A stretch of 64,000 bases of DNA, taken from NCBI GenBank assembly GCA_903813345.2, contig CAIIXF020000001.1:33108001-33172000 (forward strand). The letters run 5' to 3'. The stretch is from Owenia fusiformis (taxonomy: Eukaryota). Below the pieces are notes generated by a model, which worked only from the letters and a program-made list of their open reading frames with translations, ran no database searches and was not told the origin of the DNA. Shown here in pieces: positions 1-11,639 of this stretch; within the stretch, counting starts at the first letter, position 1, and every line of letters starts with the position of its first letter. The position numbers and the translations under genes are program-made.

Positions 1-697
1 TTTGACCTTGAGAAGGTCATTGAAGGTCAAATGTCAAATCAGATTTGAATTTCTGAGAACACGTAGATGATTTTGAAAAAGATTTTTAGTCAATTTGAAG
101 CAAGTTGAAAACAGACCTTTTTGACCTTTTTTACCTTGAGAAGGTTATTGAAGGTCAAATGTCAAATCTTAAGTCAAATCTTAAGTCAGATTTGAATTTC
201 TGAGAACACGTAGATGATTTTGAAAAAAAATTTAGTCAATTTGAAGTAAGTTGAAAACAGACCTTTTTGACTTCTTTGACCTTGAGAAGGTAATTGAAGG
301 TCAAATGTCAAATCTAAAGTCAGATTTGAAGGTCAAATGTCAAATCTAAAGTCAAATCTAAAGTCAGATTTGAATTTCTGAGAACATGTAGATGATTTTG
401 AAAAAAAATTTAGTCAATGTGAAGCAAGTTGAAAAAAGACCTTTTTGACCTTGAGAAGGTCATTGAAGGTCAAATGTCAAATCTAAAGTCAGATTTGAAC
501 TTCTGAGAACATGTAGATGATTTAGAAAAAAATTGAAGTCAGTCTAAACAGTATTTGTTAAGTTATAGTAAGTTGTAAGAAATTGTTACAGACGCCGGAC
601 GCCAACCTCCAACCACCAACCGCCGTCGCAAAAAAACGGAGACCATAACAATATGTCACCACTTTTAGTGGTGACATAATTAGTGGTGACATAATAA
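1..697 (-). mobile_element. Helentron/HINE-like non-autonomous element with internal tandem array (truncated by window start)
   Basis: About four imperfect repeats rich in tgacctt/aaggtca, then a short low-complexity tract and terminal hairpin atgtcaccac-tttta-gtggtgacat. Core is related (inverted) to 32430-32520. Confidence 0.65.
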
Positions 698-759
698 ATA
701 GTATTTATAAAGTTTAGAATCAAGTGAACATGTATGATGTAACTCAGGAATGATGATCA

Positions 760-1533
760 TTAATTTACATAATCATTAAGATATGAGGGTACCCTTGTCT
801 GCCTTCTATTTCCTCGAGATACCCCTGTCACCTTTTTTTGCACTAAAGGTTCATCAATTTCATCATTTTCATCATCTGATGGTGTTTGGAATAAATTCTC
901 ATATTCCTCAATAGTAAGGTTCAAAACACCCTCTTCATTAAACCTCATGTCTGAAAGAACTTCAACAACTTCCGTCAAATGGATGATGGTGTTTTCAGCT
1001 TGATGAAATGATGTAACATCTCTTTCTGTATTTTCAAGCCATTTGGCCTGAATCAATCTGTCATCGTCTGTTACCTCAATCGATACAACACATAGACGGA
1101 CCTCTCTTTGTGTTTTTACACATAATATTGAGTTTTTTGCGAATCTAGCTATAAGTTGTGGTGTGTTTTGACCTTTGAAGATATCATCCATTTCCATATT
1201 GACATATTCATGATCCTCCTTTACTGTTGGTGTAGAATAAGCGTACAGCGGAAGTGTACCAACTTTGTCTTTTGTAGTTTGACTTCGTATGGCCAGCTGC
1301 CGAACACCTTGAAGGTATGATTTTCTATAGTCTTGCAGGAGTTGTACTTCTCCAGGATCCAGATGATTATGCTCCTGCTTGGGAATTTGGGGCATTTTAT
1401 CAAGAGTCATGTGTATATTAGACGCCATTCGCTCGTAGTATTTTTCATTTGTATGATAAATAAATGGCAGATTGCCTGCTCTCATGATTAAATTATCCAC
1501 GGCGTGTGGGAACAGTCTACTAAAGTCAAGCAT
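760..1533 (-). CDS. Uncharacterised 257-aa ORF, probably a terminal exon or fragment of a transposon-associated protein
   Basis: Uninterrupted ORF with protein-like composition, motifs PF.YHT...YY and GVRQLAIRSQTTKDKVGTLP, acidic then basic C-terminal tail. The resemblance to an uncharacterised invertebrate family is from recall only. Confidence 0.6.
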   Translation of the reverse strand: MLDFSRLFPHAVDNLIMRAGNLPFIYHTNEKYYERMASNIHMTLDKMPQIPKQEHNHLDPGEVQLLQDYRKSYLQGVRQLAIRSQTTKDKVGTLPLYAYSTPTVKEDHEYVNMEMDDIFKGQNTPQLIARFAKNSILCVKTQREVRLCVVSIEVTDDDRLIQAKWLENTERDVTSFHQAENTIIHLTEVVEVLSDMRFNEEGVLNLTIEEYENLFQTPSDDENDEIDEPLVQKKVTGVSRGNRRQTRVPSYLNDYVN

Positions 1534-2929
1534 TTCTGTTGTGGTGCTAATGGCTATTCATATTAGGCATGTTTAATTGTTTTAGATAAAATATTTAGGT
1601 AACTGGTGACATATTAAGACTTCAGATTCCTTTAGATACCATATACCATATATTTCTCTTATACCATATACCATATTTTTTTCTTCTCTTATACCATATA
1701 CGACAAATTTTTTGTCTGACACGCCATATCCGGGGCGAAAATTGTCAAAATGGGGTTTTCGACCCTAAAATGGAAAATTACAGGGGGTACTTTATCATCA
1801 TTGAATAAATCGTTCTGTTAGTCTTCAATCATCATAATAATTTTATGGGGAGTTGATTGGATCATGCTGAGATAGTATGTAAAATGTCAATGCTCTGTCA
1901 CTCATGGTTGTCATGGAAACCACAATTTTTATTCAAAATATCCTTAATTTTGCAAAACCTGAACATGAACATCATGTAGAATATGGATTATTTTTGAATC
2001 AATACATATCAGCACATTTTAGCACACTCAAAATAATCAGTACAGTTCAAACATTTGTTTAAATATAAAGGATATTGCAATTTACATGATTGGTCAGTGT
2101 CAAAGAACATACAATTACATGAGTGATCAAAAGTGGGCGTCGCCCCCATAATAGTAGATGATTGCTATACTCTATAATAAAAACAGAGTTTAACTTGACT
2201 TTTGAGATACATTTACACTAGACTTATTTGATTATATTTTATATCAAGCATTTTTGGTAAATAATGTAAGTCTAAGTGTCATAGTTATTGCAAGGGGGGG
2301 GGGGGGGGTACAGAGGGGGGGGGGGGGTAGTAAAGGAATTGGGAGGAGGCAGAGCTAATCAGCCTTAAATATAAATCTCATCTACATATATCTGGATTTC
2401 ATGGGGTACATCTTCTGGATCTTCTTCATATTCATCTCAATATATGGGATATTACAACTTACACGATTGGTCAGTGTCAAAGAACATACTATTACACAAG
2501 TAATCAAAAGTGGGCGTCGCCCCCATACTAGAGTAGTTAATTGCTATCCTCTATAAAAACAGAGTTAAACTTGACTTGAGATACATTTACATTGGACTTC
2601 TTTGATTATACTTTATATTTTCTGGTAAATAATGTACAACTCAGTGCAATGGTTATTGGATGAGGAGGGGTGGGGTTAACAGTATTGGAAGGGGGCAGAG
2701 TTAATCAGCCGTAAGTATAAATTCTTTCTTTTGGACTTCTTCATAGAGTATTCTCTGGGTCTTCTTAGTTATCTCAATATACTGTATATAATTATTGTAT
2801 GGGATGGGGGAAGTAACAGAATTTGGAGGTGTGGGGGGAACAAGTCAGCATTAAGTATCAATTTCATCTTCAGAGTTCTGGATTTCATAAGATACATCTT
2901 CTGGAGTCTTTCTGATTCATCATCTGGTG

Positions 2930-4400
2930 CTATATCAACAATCATTTGTATGAGAATACCAGTCAATACCCAATGCAATGGTGGAGTCATTCAGTTTCCA
3001 TCCATGTCCATCTTCTGCTGGAATGTCAGGGTTTACAATATGGGCCATATGCATGATAAGTGCTTTGTAGTAAGCTCTTGACAAGGTGGAAGAAGACTGA
3101 TGTCGGTTCCTTCATAGTCTTTGATTGTTTTAGTATGGGGTCTAAACTTCAATTTCAATTGGTTTATCTGGTTTTGCTGTTGTAAGGCATTGTGGCTTAA
3201 CATAAATCTTTTTTTTTATATTAATCAGTCTTCTTTTGTTTGTCCAGCACTACACTTTGCTGTATTCGTTTTGTTTCTGGAGCTGGCAGAAAATACATGT
3301 TTTTCAAGATACTTCTAACAGCAGAGTGATTATGTGACAATTAAATCCAAAATTCTATAAACGAACCTGATAGGAGAAGAAGAGGGTGGTGGCACCTCAC
3401 CTTATCAAATGTAAAATACACGAGTCCCTTAAGATTGGAATGAGTTCATGAATAAGGATGCAATCAAGAAGAAACAATACCAGTTCAGTTAATTGAATGA
3501 TAAGACCAGAATGTGCCAAGAAAAAATCTACTGTGTAGCAGGTGGGAAATGCCATATCCTTTCAAGTGATCCTCATGATAAACCATGACATTTTATATCT
3601 TCCCAGCCCTTCAGATGAGACAGAAAGATGCTATGAGTATCAGAGTGTCTAGTGATGGCAATACAATAATAACAACTATACAGGGTGTCCCGAAAGTATG
3701 GGGTCCCCCCTAGGCAGACATATACCAGTGTCGTCATAGTATGTGTCATAAATTATTTTAAAGCTTATCCAAAGTTACATTGATTCACCAAGTATCATGG
3801 TTCAACTCTCAAATGTGAAAAAATTACAGGTATTTAAAAATTTAGTGTTTGGTCAAAATTAAGTTCAATTTTACACCAAATCACTAGTCAATGTGTCCTC
3901 TCGGGCCATCTTAACAGCAGCAATTCTTTTCGGATTGGATGGATATTGAGTTGGAAAAAGAGAACGGTGAGGGTAGAAACTCTAAGGAAACTCTTCTAAA
4001 GTCCCTTAACAGGTTTTAAGAGGGTTATAAAGTTACACACTCCTATTTGAAGGACTTTTAAGGTCATATCTGAATATAATTGCCGCTGTTAACATGGTCA
4101 AGGGGGGACACATTGACTAGTAATGTGGTGTAAAATTGAACTTTATTTTGACAAAACACTAACTTTTAAAATGACTGTAACTTTTTCCCATTTGGGAGTT
4201 AAACCATGATACTTGGCAAATCAATGTAACTTTGGACAAGCTTTAAAATGATATATGACACATACTATGAGGACACTGGTATATGTCTGCCTAGGGGGGG
4301 CCCCATACTTTCGGGACACCCTGTAGATGAGCCTTCCCATAGTCTGATCATTTTCATTCTTTTGATTTATCGCATGATATTGATATATCAACAATCTCTT
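2930..4400. pseudogene. Degraded, rearranged Academ(X)-like transposase remnant
   Basis: + strand ~3270-3660: FLELAE, NSINEPDRRRRG, TRVP*DWNEFMNK, IYCVAGGKCHILSSD. - strand ~2930-3250: YEGTDISLLPPCQ, PDIPAEDGHGWKLND. These motifs are recalled from the XPG/PIN-like and C-terminal regions of AcademX proteins. Many stops and frameshifts. Confidence 0.55.
3681..4323. mobile_element. Tc1/mariner-type palindromic MITE
   Basis: TA|CAGGGTGTCCCGAAAGTATGGGG ... CCCCATACTTTCGGGACACCCTG|TA; arms pair over roughly 300 bp. Confidence 0.9.
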
Positions 4401-5048
4401 AAGAGAAAATACCACTAAACACTTGCAGATTTGAGAGTCATTCAGCTGGGACTCAATATGGTGCTCCATCTTTTTAAAATGTGCTATCCTGCCCCTTCAA
4501 AGCATGGCACTTACTCCATCTAGGGAAGGTATGAAGGCTGCATATATTATGCCAGGCCCTAGATGGGAGTAGTAACAGAATAATTAGGAGGGAGTAGAGC
4601 TCCCTCCCAGGTAACCACTTCCCCACTATCACCCCACGTAAAAACTATACTACTAAACATATTTATGAGAAATGGTTTATATAAATTATATTAGAACATG
4701 ACTGTATTCACGCCTTCTATAAACTGTGAACAAAGTCAACATTTTACCCGGGGTATATTCGTCAACACTTCCCTTGGTAATACGAGTAATGTGTGACATC
4801 AAGAGGGCTGTAGTAATGGAAGACCATAAGTTGAATATTCAAAAAAATTTGGGGAGTTTTCATGTTTGAATTGTAATATATACCTCAGAGCAGGCGTGAT
4901 ATTGACAATGACCCCTTAGGGCTAGGTACAAAAGCTTTTCGAACCCCTCACTCCCTTGCCTAGCCATGTGGAGTGTATTTGTCAATATAACACCTGCTCT
5001 TCAGTCTATATTTCTTAAATAATAGAAGTATAGATGACGTATAGATGA

Positions 5049-5254
5049 CAGTGATCTTTCAAGCATTAAAGCAAGTGGGTGCAGCACCCACCTGAAATTT
5101 TGAAAATAGGTTTGCACCCACCTGAAAATCCATATGCACCCACTTGAAAGTGAGAAAAATCATGAAAAATTGGCATATTTTGACCAATTTTGGTCTGAAT
5201 TGTGAAAATGAAAATTTTGTACCCACCCGAGAAGAAATCCTGGGGAGATCACTG
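5049..5254. mobile_element. Short hAT-like MITE with 5-bp TSD
   Basis: TIR CAGTGATCT/AGATCACTG; GATGA on both flanks; internal gcacccac repeats. Confidence 0.7.
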
Positions 5255-6428
5255 GATGATCTCAAAACTCAAGTTGACCTCTGCTTGTAGAGAATGAACC
5301 ATATACTGTTGTTGGGGTGATTCCCACTTTTGATCACTTATGTAATTGTTTGGTCTTGGACACTTACCTATCATGTTTATTGTAATATCCTATATATTGA
5401 GATGAATATGAAGAAGACCTAGAAGATGTACATGTTCCTTAATAAATCCAGAACGAAGTATTATGAGATTTATACTTGAAGCTGATTAGCTCTGCCCTCT
5501 TCCAGTTTCTATTACTAGCCCCCCCCCTCTCTCAAGCTGCCTCTCATGCAATAACTATAAAACTCAGGTGTCACTGGTCAGTATCGAGCGATGGTATATG
5601 CCATATAAGCCTGATTTAATTCAAATATCAAAGTATTACATCAACTATAAAGTAGTTTACCTGTTATTTACCTGAAATGGTTGATATTAAGTATAATCAA
5701 AGAAGTATAAATCATGATAAATATATATATATATATCGAAAATTCTTCTTAAACCCTGTATTGATAGAGAATGGTAATCATCTGCTATTATGAAGGTGAT
5801 GATGCCTACTTTTGATCACTTATGTAATGGTATGGTCTTTGACACCAATCATGTAGAATGTAGTACCTATATAGGCCCTATTGAAATGAAAATGAAGAAG
5901 ACCCAGAAGATTTAACCTTTGAAAATCCAGAACTATATAAATGAGAATTATACTAAGGCTGATTAGCTCTGCCCCCTCCAAATTCTGTTACTACCACCCC
6001 CCCCCCTCCCCTTACAACAACTTTTACACTTATATGTACATTATTTACCAGAAATGCATGATATTAGGTATATTCAAAGATCTTCAATATAAATGTATCT
6101 CAAAAGTCAAGTTAAAGTCTGTCTTTTCAGAGAATGGTCATCATTTACTATTATGAGGGCGACGCCCACTTTTGATCACTTATGTAGTACATGTAGTATG
6201 GTCTTTGAGACTTACCAATTATATAAATTGCAATATCCTTTATGCTTAAACAAATTCTTGAACTTCCCTGGTGATTTTGGGTGTGCTACAATATTCTTAT
6301 ATCTGTTGATTTGAAAAATAATCCACATTCTATTTATGTACCTGTACAGATTTTGCCAAAATTAAGGATTTTTCAATGAAAATTGTGGTTTCCATGGCAA
6401 CCATGAGTGACAGGTGATTGAAACTTAA

Positions 6429-6792
6429 AGGGGCAACAAGGCCTGTAGAGAGAAAATAGGAAAATTTTAACTTTTTATAAGCTATCAAGGCAACATTTGG
6501 CTTAACATCTTCTTTGACAGACCTATTTTCTTAAAATGTATGTATAAACTATCAATTTCAGCATTAAGAAGTGTAAATTCAGTTCAAAGCTTCAAAAAGG
6601 GGAAATCCGCTTTTATATTTTTAAGATCCACCATGTTTTAAGAGGAATATATGCTGAAATAATGTTTATCTAGTGGGTTTTTTTGTGGATAATAAAAATA
6701 GATGTTAGTCTTGATGAAATATCCAAACTTAAATATATTTTGACACTGGTCCATGATCGTTGAATGGCCCCTCTGCACTAATTGTTGCACCT
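6429..6792. mobile_element. Kolobok-like MITE (TTAA TSD)
   Basis: TTAA|AGGGGCAACA ... TGTTGCACCT|TTAA. Absent from the matching position (~1885) of the opposite foldback arm. Confidence 0.75.
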
Positions 6793-7013
6793 TTAACATA
6801 CTACCTCAGCATGATCCAATCAACTCCCCATAAAATTATTATGATGATTGAAGACCAACTGAAGGATTTATTCAATGATGATAAAGTACCCCCTGTAATT
6901 TTCCATTTTAGGGTCGAAAATGCCAATTTGACAACTTTCGCCCCGGATACGGCGCATTAGACAAACATTTTCTGAAGTATCACATAAAGATAAAAATACA
7001 TAAGAAACAAGTA

Positions 7014-7240
7014 CAGTTGGGGACAAAAATAAATGACAGGTTGATTTTCGATCACCATTTCCTAATTATGGTGGTCTGAAAGCCCATAATTTCCAATATT
7101 GTCTAGATATATATCCCTTAAAATTTGTATATTTTACATTTTGTATAATCTCATCCACTGATGTATGGCCTCTTGTAAATTCTCTTATTTTTAACATGGG
7201 AAATCCTCACTTCAGCAAATCCACCTGTCATTTATTTATG
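7014..7240. mobile_element. Tc1/mariner-type MITE, copy 1 (lacks last 10 bp)
   Basis: TA|CAGTTGGGGACAAAAATAAATGACAGG...; direct repeat of 7713-7939 with 3 mismatches seen. Confidence 0.85.
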
Positions 7241-7511
7241 GGTGCTAGCTTACTACCTATTGCCTTTGAAGCAGTGTAGAATACCTAGACTGTAGTAAAG
7301 GTCTTAGTAGAGTAACTTACATGTACATCGGCGAGGTGTTGTAGACGGTGGAACTTCGAACAAACGAAGGTGGTAAAGGAAGTAATGTACTAGTTAATTA
7401 GTATACAGTCATCATCTTCTAAAATGAAACTCCCGCAGTGTAGACCTAAATGATCGATTTGGCTAGTCATGACCTAGTTCTCGTGGCTAGTCATGACCTA
7501 GTTCTCGTGGC
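7241..7511. promoter_or_regulatory. CpG-enriched promoter/5'UTR region of the SLC35D gene, possibly bidirectional
   Basis: Locally CpG-rich and directly upstream of the ATG. Minus-strand GTAAGT donor at 7320-7315. 24-bp tandem duplication just before the ATG. Confidence 0.55.
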
Positions 7512-7636
7512 ATGATGGCGGAAGAAAGTGAAAATGCGAAATCCGTGTTATTTTATAAATTATTAGCCGCTGCCTTCTACGGGGGGAGTTCATTCTTCAT
7601 AATAGTTATAAATAAAGTGGTACTGACATCATACAA
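7512..7636 (+). CDS. SLC35D1: SLC35D1/D2-family UDP-sugar transporter, coding exon 1
   Basis: Translates MMAEESENAKSVLFYKLLAAAFYGGSSFFIIVINKVVLTSY+AA, matching the family N-terminus (A.FYG..SF.I..NK..LT.Y). GTAAGT donor at 7637, phase 2. Confidence 0.9.
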
Positions 7637-7712
7637 GTAAGTTATTTCACCCTGAACTTATTTAAAGCGGGTATATGGACTGTGGAGAAAAAAATTGAAA
7701 AATTTCTAGGCT

Positions 7713-7949
7713 CAGTTGGGGACAAAAATAAATGACAGGTCGATTTTCGATCACCATTTCCTAATTATGGTGGTCTGAAAGCCCATAATTTCCAATATTG
7801 TCTAGATACATATCCCTTAAAATTTGTATATTTTACATTTTGTATAATCTCATCCACTGATTTATGGCCTCTTGTAAATTCTCTTATTTTTAACATGGGA
7901 AATCCTCACTTCAGCAAATCCACCTGTCATTTATTTATGTCCCCAACTG
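7713..7949. mobile_element. Tc1/mariner-type MITE, copy 2 (complete)
   Basis: CAGTTGGGGACA ... TGTCCCCAACTG|TA; TIR about 30 bp; no TA on the left flank. Confidence 0.88.
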
Positions 7950-8545
7950 TAAATCTGAGCTATCGGGGCGAAGTTTGGTCTAACAACTCATTCCTTATTC
8001 CTATTTAAGAAAAATGTATGCATATGGCAATATTCTTCAACCAGTAGAACTGGCAAATCTTACTTCCTGCGAAAGCTATTTGAATTTTGATATAATAGCT
8101 TTCCCACGGAGCATTTGGACAGCTGAATGATTGTGACCTTTGAAATCGGATTAAGTCGATCCGTGGCTTACTTTTGGTCTCTAACTGTGTCTTACATCAG
8201 TATCATCAATCCGTGTAAGTATTAGAGCGCTGAAATACTTCTTTTTCGATCAAGGCTTGTAAATTGTTCATCGAGTGAATGTTTTTTAGACATATTTCCG
8301 ATATGGCGGTTTGTTAGGAGAGAGATACGCAACGAACGAAATAAATTTTGAGAATTAGTTAGGTTCGGACAACCTCCGGAGATTTACGAAAATGTCCGAG
8401 CAGAAAACGCCATATTGGAATTTGGCAGTAAAAACATTCACTCGACTAACAATTACAAGTCTTGATCGAAAATGAAGTACTTCAGCGCTCCAATACTTAC
8501 ACGGATTGATGATACTGATGTAAGACACAGTTAGAGACCAAAAGT

Positions 8546-10054
8546 TTCAATTTATTTATTTTTTTTCAATTTATTAAATATATATGCATACATACAACAA
8601 TACAAAGATGATGAAGGGAGCGAGACACCACTGAAAGGTGTATGGTGCCCCCTATAACAATAAAAGATTCATATGCAGTGATGTTGATAGCTCGCGTCTT
8701 TGCGTCTTTGGCGCAATTTTAACAGGGAAGACGCAGATTCCTTACCTCAGTGCGTCCAATCTGTAAAATCATGACGCAGTCAAAACACGTTGCCTTGTAG
8801 TCGAGATTGAATCCTATTCTTGATACCTGTCAGTTCAATTTGAGTATGGTCCAGTTATGAGGCCCAACACTTAGATTTAAGCAATATTTTTACCAAATTA
8901 CTTTCGTCAGTTTGTTATCTCGTGCTTATAGTTAACACGCGAATCTAGCTTCGCAAATCAGTTGCGCACATCCCCGGGTCAATTTGTTATGACGAATCAC
9001 TCATGGGTTATGTCATCACATGATTTCCAGGTCCGTATATGGTAAGGAGGGTTGGTCTTTGTCTTTATGATTGACATGGCCGCTATGCATAAGAAGTACG
9101 AACGGTTGTCTCATTTGTAAATAAATGCGAACGGTTTATACTATTTGCACTAAATGCCTCAGAACTAACTTTACACTGTAACAGGGATATTGTATATTTA
9201 TTTCATAGCAATAAATTTGTTAATTATGATTTATTTAGAAATTACCAGTGATTGATGATATAATAGATTCTCTACAAAAATACGAACATCAACACTCTAA
9301 ATCGTTCGTAGTTTTCATGTATCAAAACAACCATCGATGAATCAAAAAAATATATTCGAATTTCAATTTTATCCCGATTTTATTGCATATTACCACGTAT
9401 TAAACATACATACACAATAGCATTTAATGCAGATATGTTCAATTGATTGAAAGCATATATATATTCCACACCAGAAAGACGAATAATAAAAGGCCACAGC
9501 TTTGCTGCACATTATACATTACTATCTGAAATAAACAAAAGTTAGGATAAATATAAATGTTTTTTTGGTCATTTGATTGCTTATTTTTTAAATTCAAAGT
9601 AGTTACATTTCTAAAACATTTCTGTTTTGACTGTACCCGAATTTGTTTGATTTGGAACTTCATTTTTTAAATGCCAAACCACCGGCGAGTAAATGTAAAA
9701 TACAGAGAACCTCTGGCTAATTTTAGGGGGTTTAATAAAATACAGGTGAATCCCTGGCCAATTTTTTTTTAAATATAATTTTACTTTATTGCTTGTTTCA
9801 GAAGCAGGAGCAAGACAAAGTTATAAATTTTTATTAAATCGCGACGGAAAAAATGTCCCCCAAAAAATTGAAATGACCCACATATTTAGTTGGAGTGGGA
9901 CATTTTTTTGATGTGTCCCATACTTTAAAATTTCTATCAACATCACTGCATATGAGTTAGCAATTGAAGATGACAAATAGGTATGTGAAAGGAAAAAATC
10001 CTGGTTACTATAATATTAGGTAATAAAGGTTTTGTTCCTGCAATTTCAGCTATG
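8546..10054 (-). mobile_element. Short 3' end of a LINE-like retroelement (split by a DNA element)
   Basis: T-rich (tttat)n tail at 8546-8575; AAAGT duplicated at 8541-8545 and 10055-10059; removing it restores the host palindrome arm gaccaaaagtaagcc. Confidence 0.55.
8676..9948. mobile_element. hAT-like non-autonomous DNA transposon
   Basis: Perfect 15-bp TIR CAGTGATGTTGATAG/CTATCAACATCACTG; CATATG on both flanks. Confidence 0.8.
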
Positions 10055-10894
10055 AAAGTAAGCCGCGGATCGACTTAATTCGATTTCAAAGGTCACTATT
10101 AATCAGCTGTTCACTTCCCCGTTTGAGAGCCATAAGTTTCAAAATCTAACATGGCTCTCGAAGTGAGTAAGGCAAATCGTTTAGAATCTACAATTCTATA
10201 CAAGGAGTCCCACTCATAGATTTTTCAAATTTTTTCCAAGTCGACATCAAAACACATAGCGGGTGAATTTGAAACTAATATTTCTTGCTGCTCGAATTGA
10301 TAGAATCTCTGATAGTGTGAGTCTTCTTATGAAAATGTTTCTTATAGAAATCACTTGACGATTATTAGAAAGCATTAAAAGTTGAATCCAAAGCGTAATC
10401 TGGAATAAAAGTGAAAAAACATTGCGCGGACGTTAGAGAACAAACTTCCGGTTTAATAAAAAATGGCGGAGACGGGGGAGAAGAAGCAGACGAAGAATTC
10501 GAGGATTTTGTTTTGCCATTATTGATCGATATAAGGTATGTGTACAAATTCTAGTTGCATACATGGAAAATAGATACATTTTTAAAGGCTATAACATATT
10601 CAAAGCTTTCATTTTACGATAGGCCCAGGATCACTGGATACGACTCGGCAGTCTTTATACCCACTTTGATACGGTTGATAGGAATTTCATAAAGGGAACT
10701 CCCAGTGAGTTTCTCATTTTGGTTTTCAGTTCTTATTTTTGAATTTCCCCACACATCATATCATTGTGTCTGTATGTTCACATCACTCCCAGGTTCACTA
10801 TGAAGTAGTATCAGTACCTCTATGGTAATAGAGAGATTTTGCACCTAGTGAAAGTACAACTTATAACGTATACTTATACTTATAGGTAAACGTA

Positions 10895-11115
10895 CAAGGT
10901 GTTTCATAATGTGGGCATTTCGTCAGGAAAGATCTTCTCGGACTGTAATAAATACAGGTCAAAGGGATGCCATTTGTACTTTCTTGAATGGTAGCATGTT
11001 AAGTTGATCCAAATGTGTTTGTCTAGAATAAAATAGGCTCATATATAGTACATATGTTATAGACCCATCTCTTCTCAAATTGACTTTTTGGAGGTGCTCG
11101 TTATGAAACACCCTG
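10895..11115. mobile_element. Small Tc1/mariner-type MITE
   Basis: TA|CAAGGTGTTTCATAA ... TTATGAAACACCCTG|TA; terminus similar to 51237-51825. Confidence 0.65.
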
Positions 11116-11639
11116 TATGTCATTTGTTGAGCTACTGAATGGGTCGTTTCCAGGAATTGCTAGAACCTACTGGTTTGATTGGTGTTTCAAATTGATGGTT
11201 AAAGTATTTGATTGGATACTGTTACCACTCAGCCAATTAATTTTTAAAAATGCTTGCGGTCAATTGTTCCACACACATGTAGGCAAATCTTTATACGGAG
11301 ATCCAACTGTATACGTTATCATCTACATAAATATACCGTTTTGTAAGTTCATTGAACTTATACTGATCATGAAAACATTGAAATAATCAACTTGTTTATG
11401 TAATGACTCACTTTAAAGAACCATGACTCACTTTCAAGGATCGTGTTTATAATACACTACAACTACAAGGACACGGAAGCAAGCATTTAATTATAATGTG
11501 CATAATCTACACGTGCAGATGACAGTGCATTCAAAGTCTCTAGTTGATGGAGCTTTTCTATAACGGGAATAGTTATGTTTCATTAAGTACAATTTAAAAT
11601 TGATTTTAGTAAATATAATAGTTCGACATTACCCTTTAA

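Larger units (their letters stand above)
1706..6970. mobile_element. Large foldback element with >1-kb imperfect inverted arms, Academ-like
   Basis: 1711-1885 is the reverse complement of 6797-6965 and similarity continues inward. Arms contain ~400-bp internal repeats. Centre holds degraded transposase-like coding sequence. Confidence 0.8.
8059..10171. mobile_element. Palindromic MITE interrupted by nested insertions
   Basis: 8170-8545 is a near-perfect palindrome; outer arms 8059-8175 pair with 10055-10171; GCAAAT on both flanks. Confidence 0.8.
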
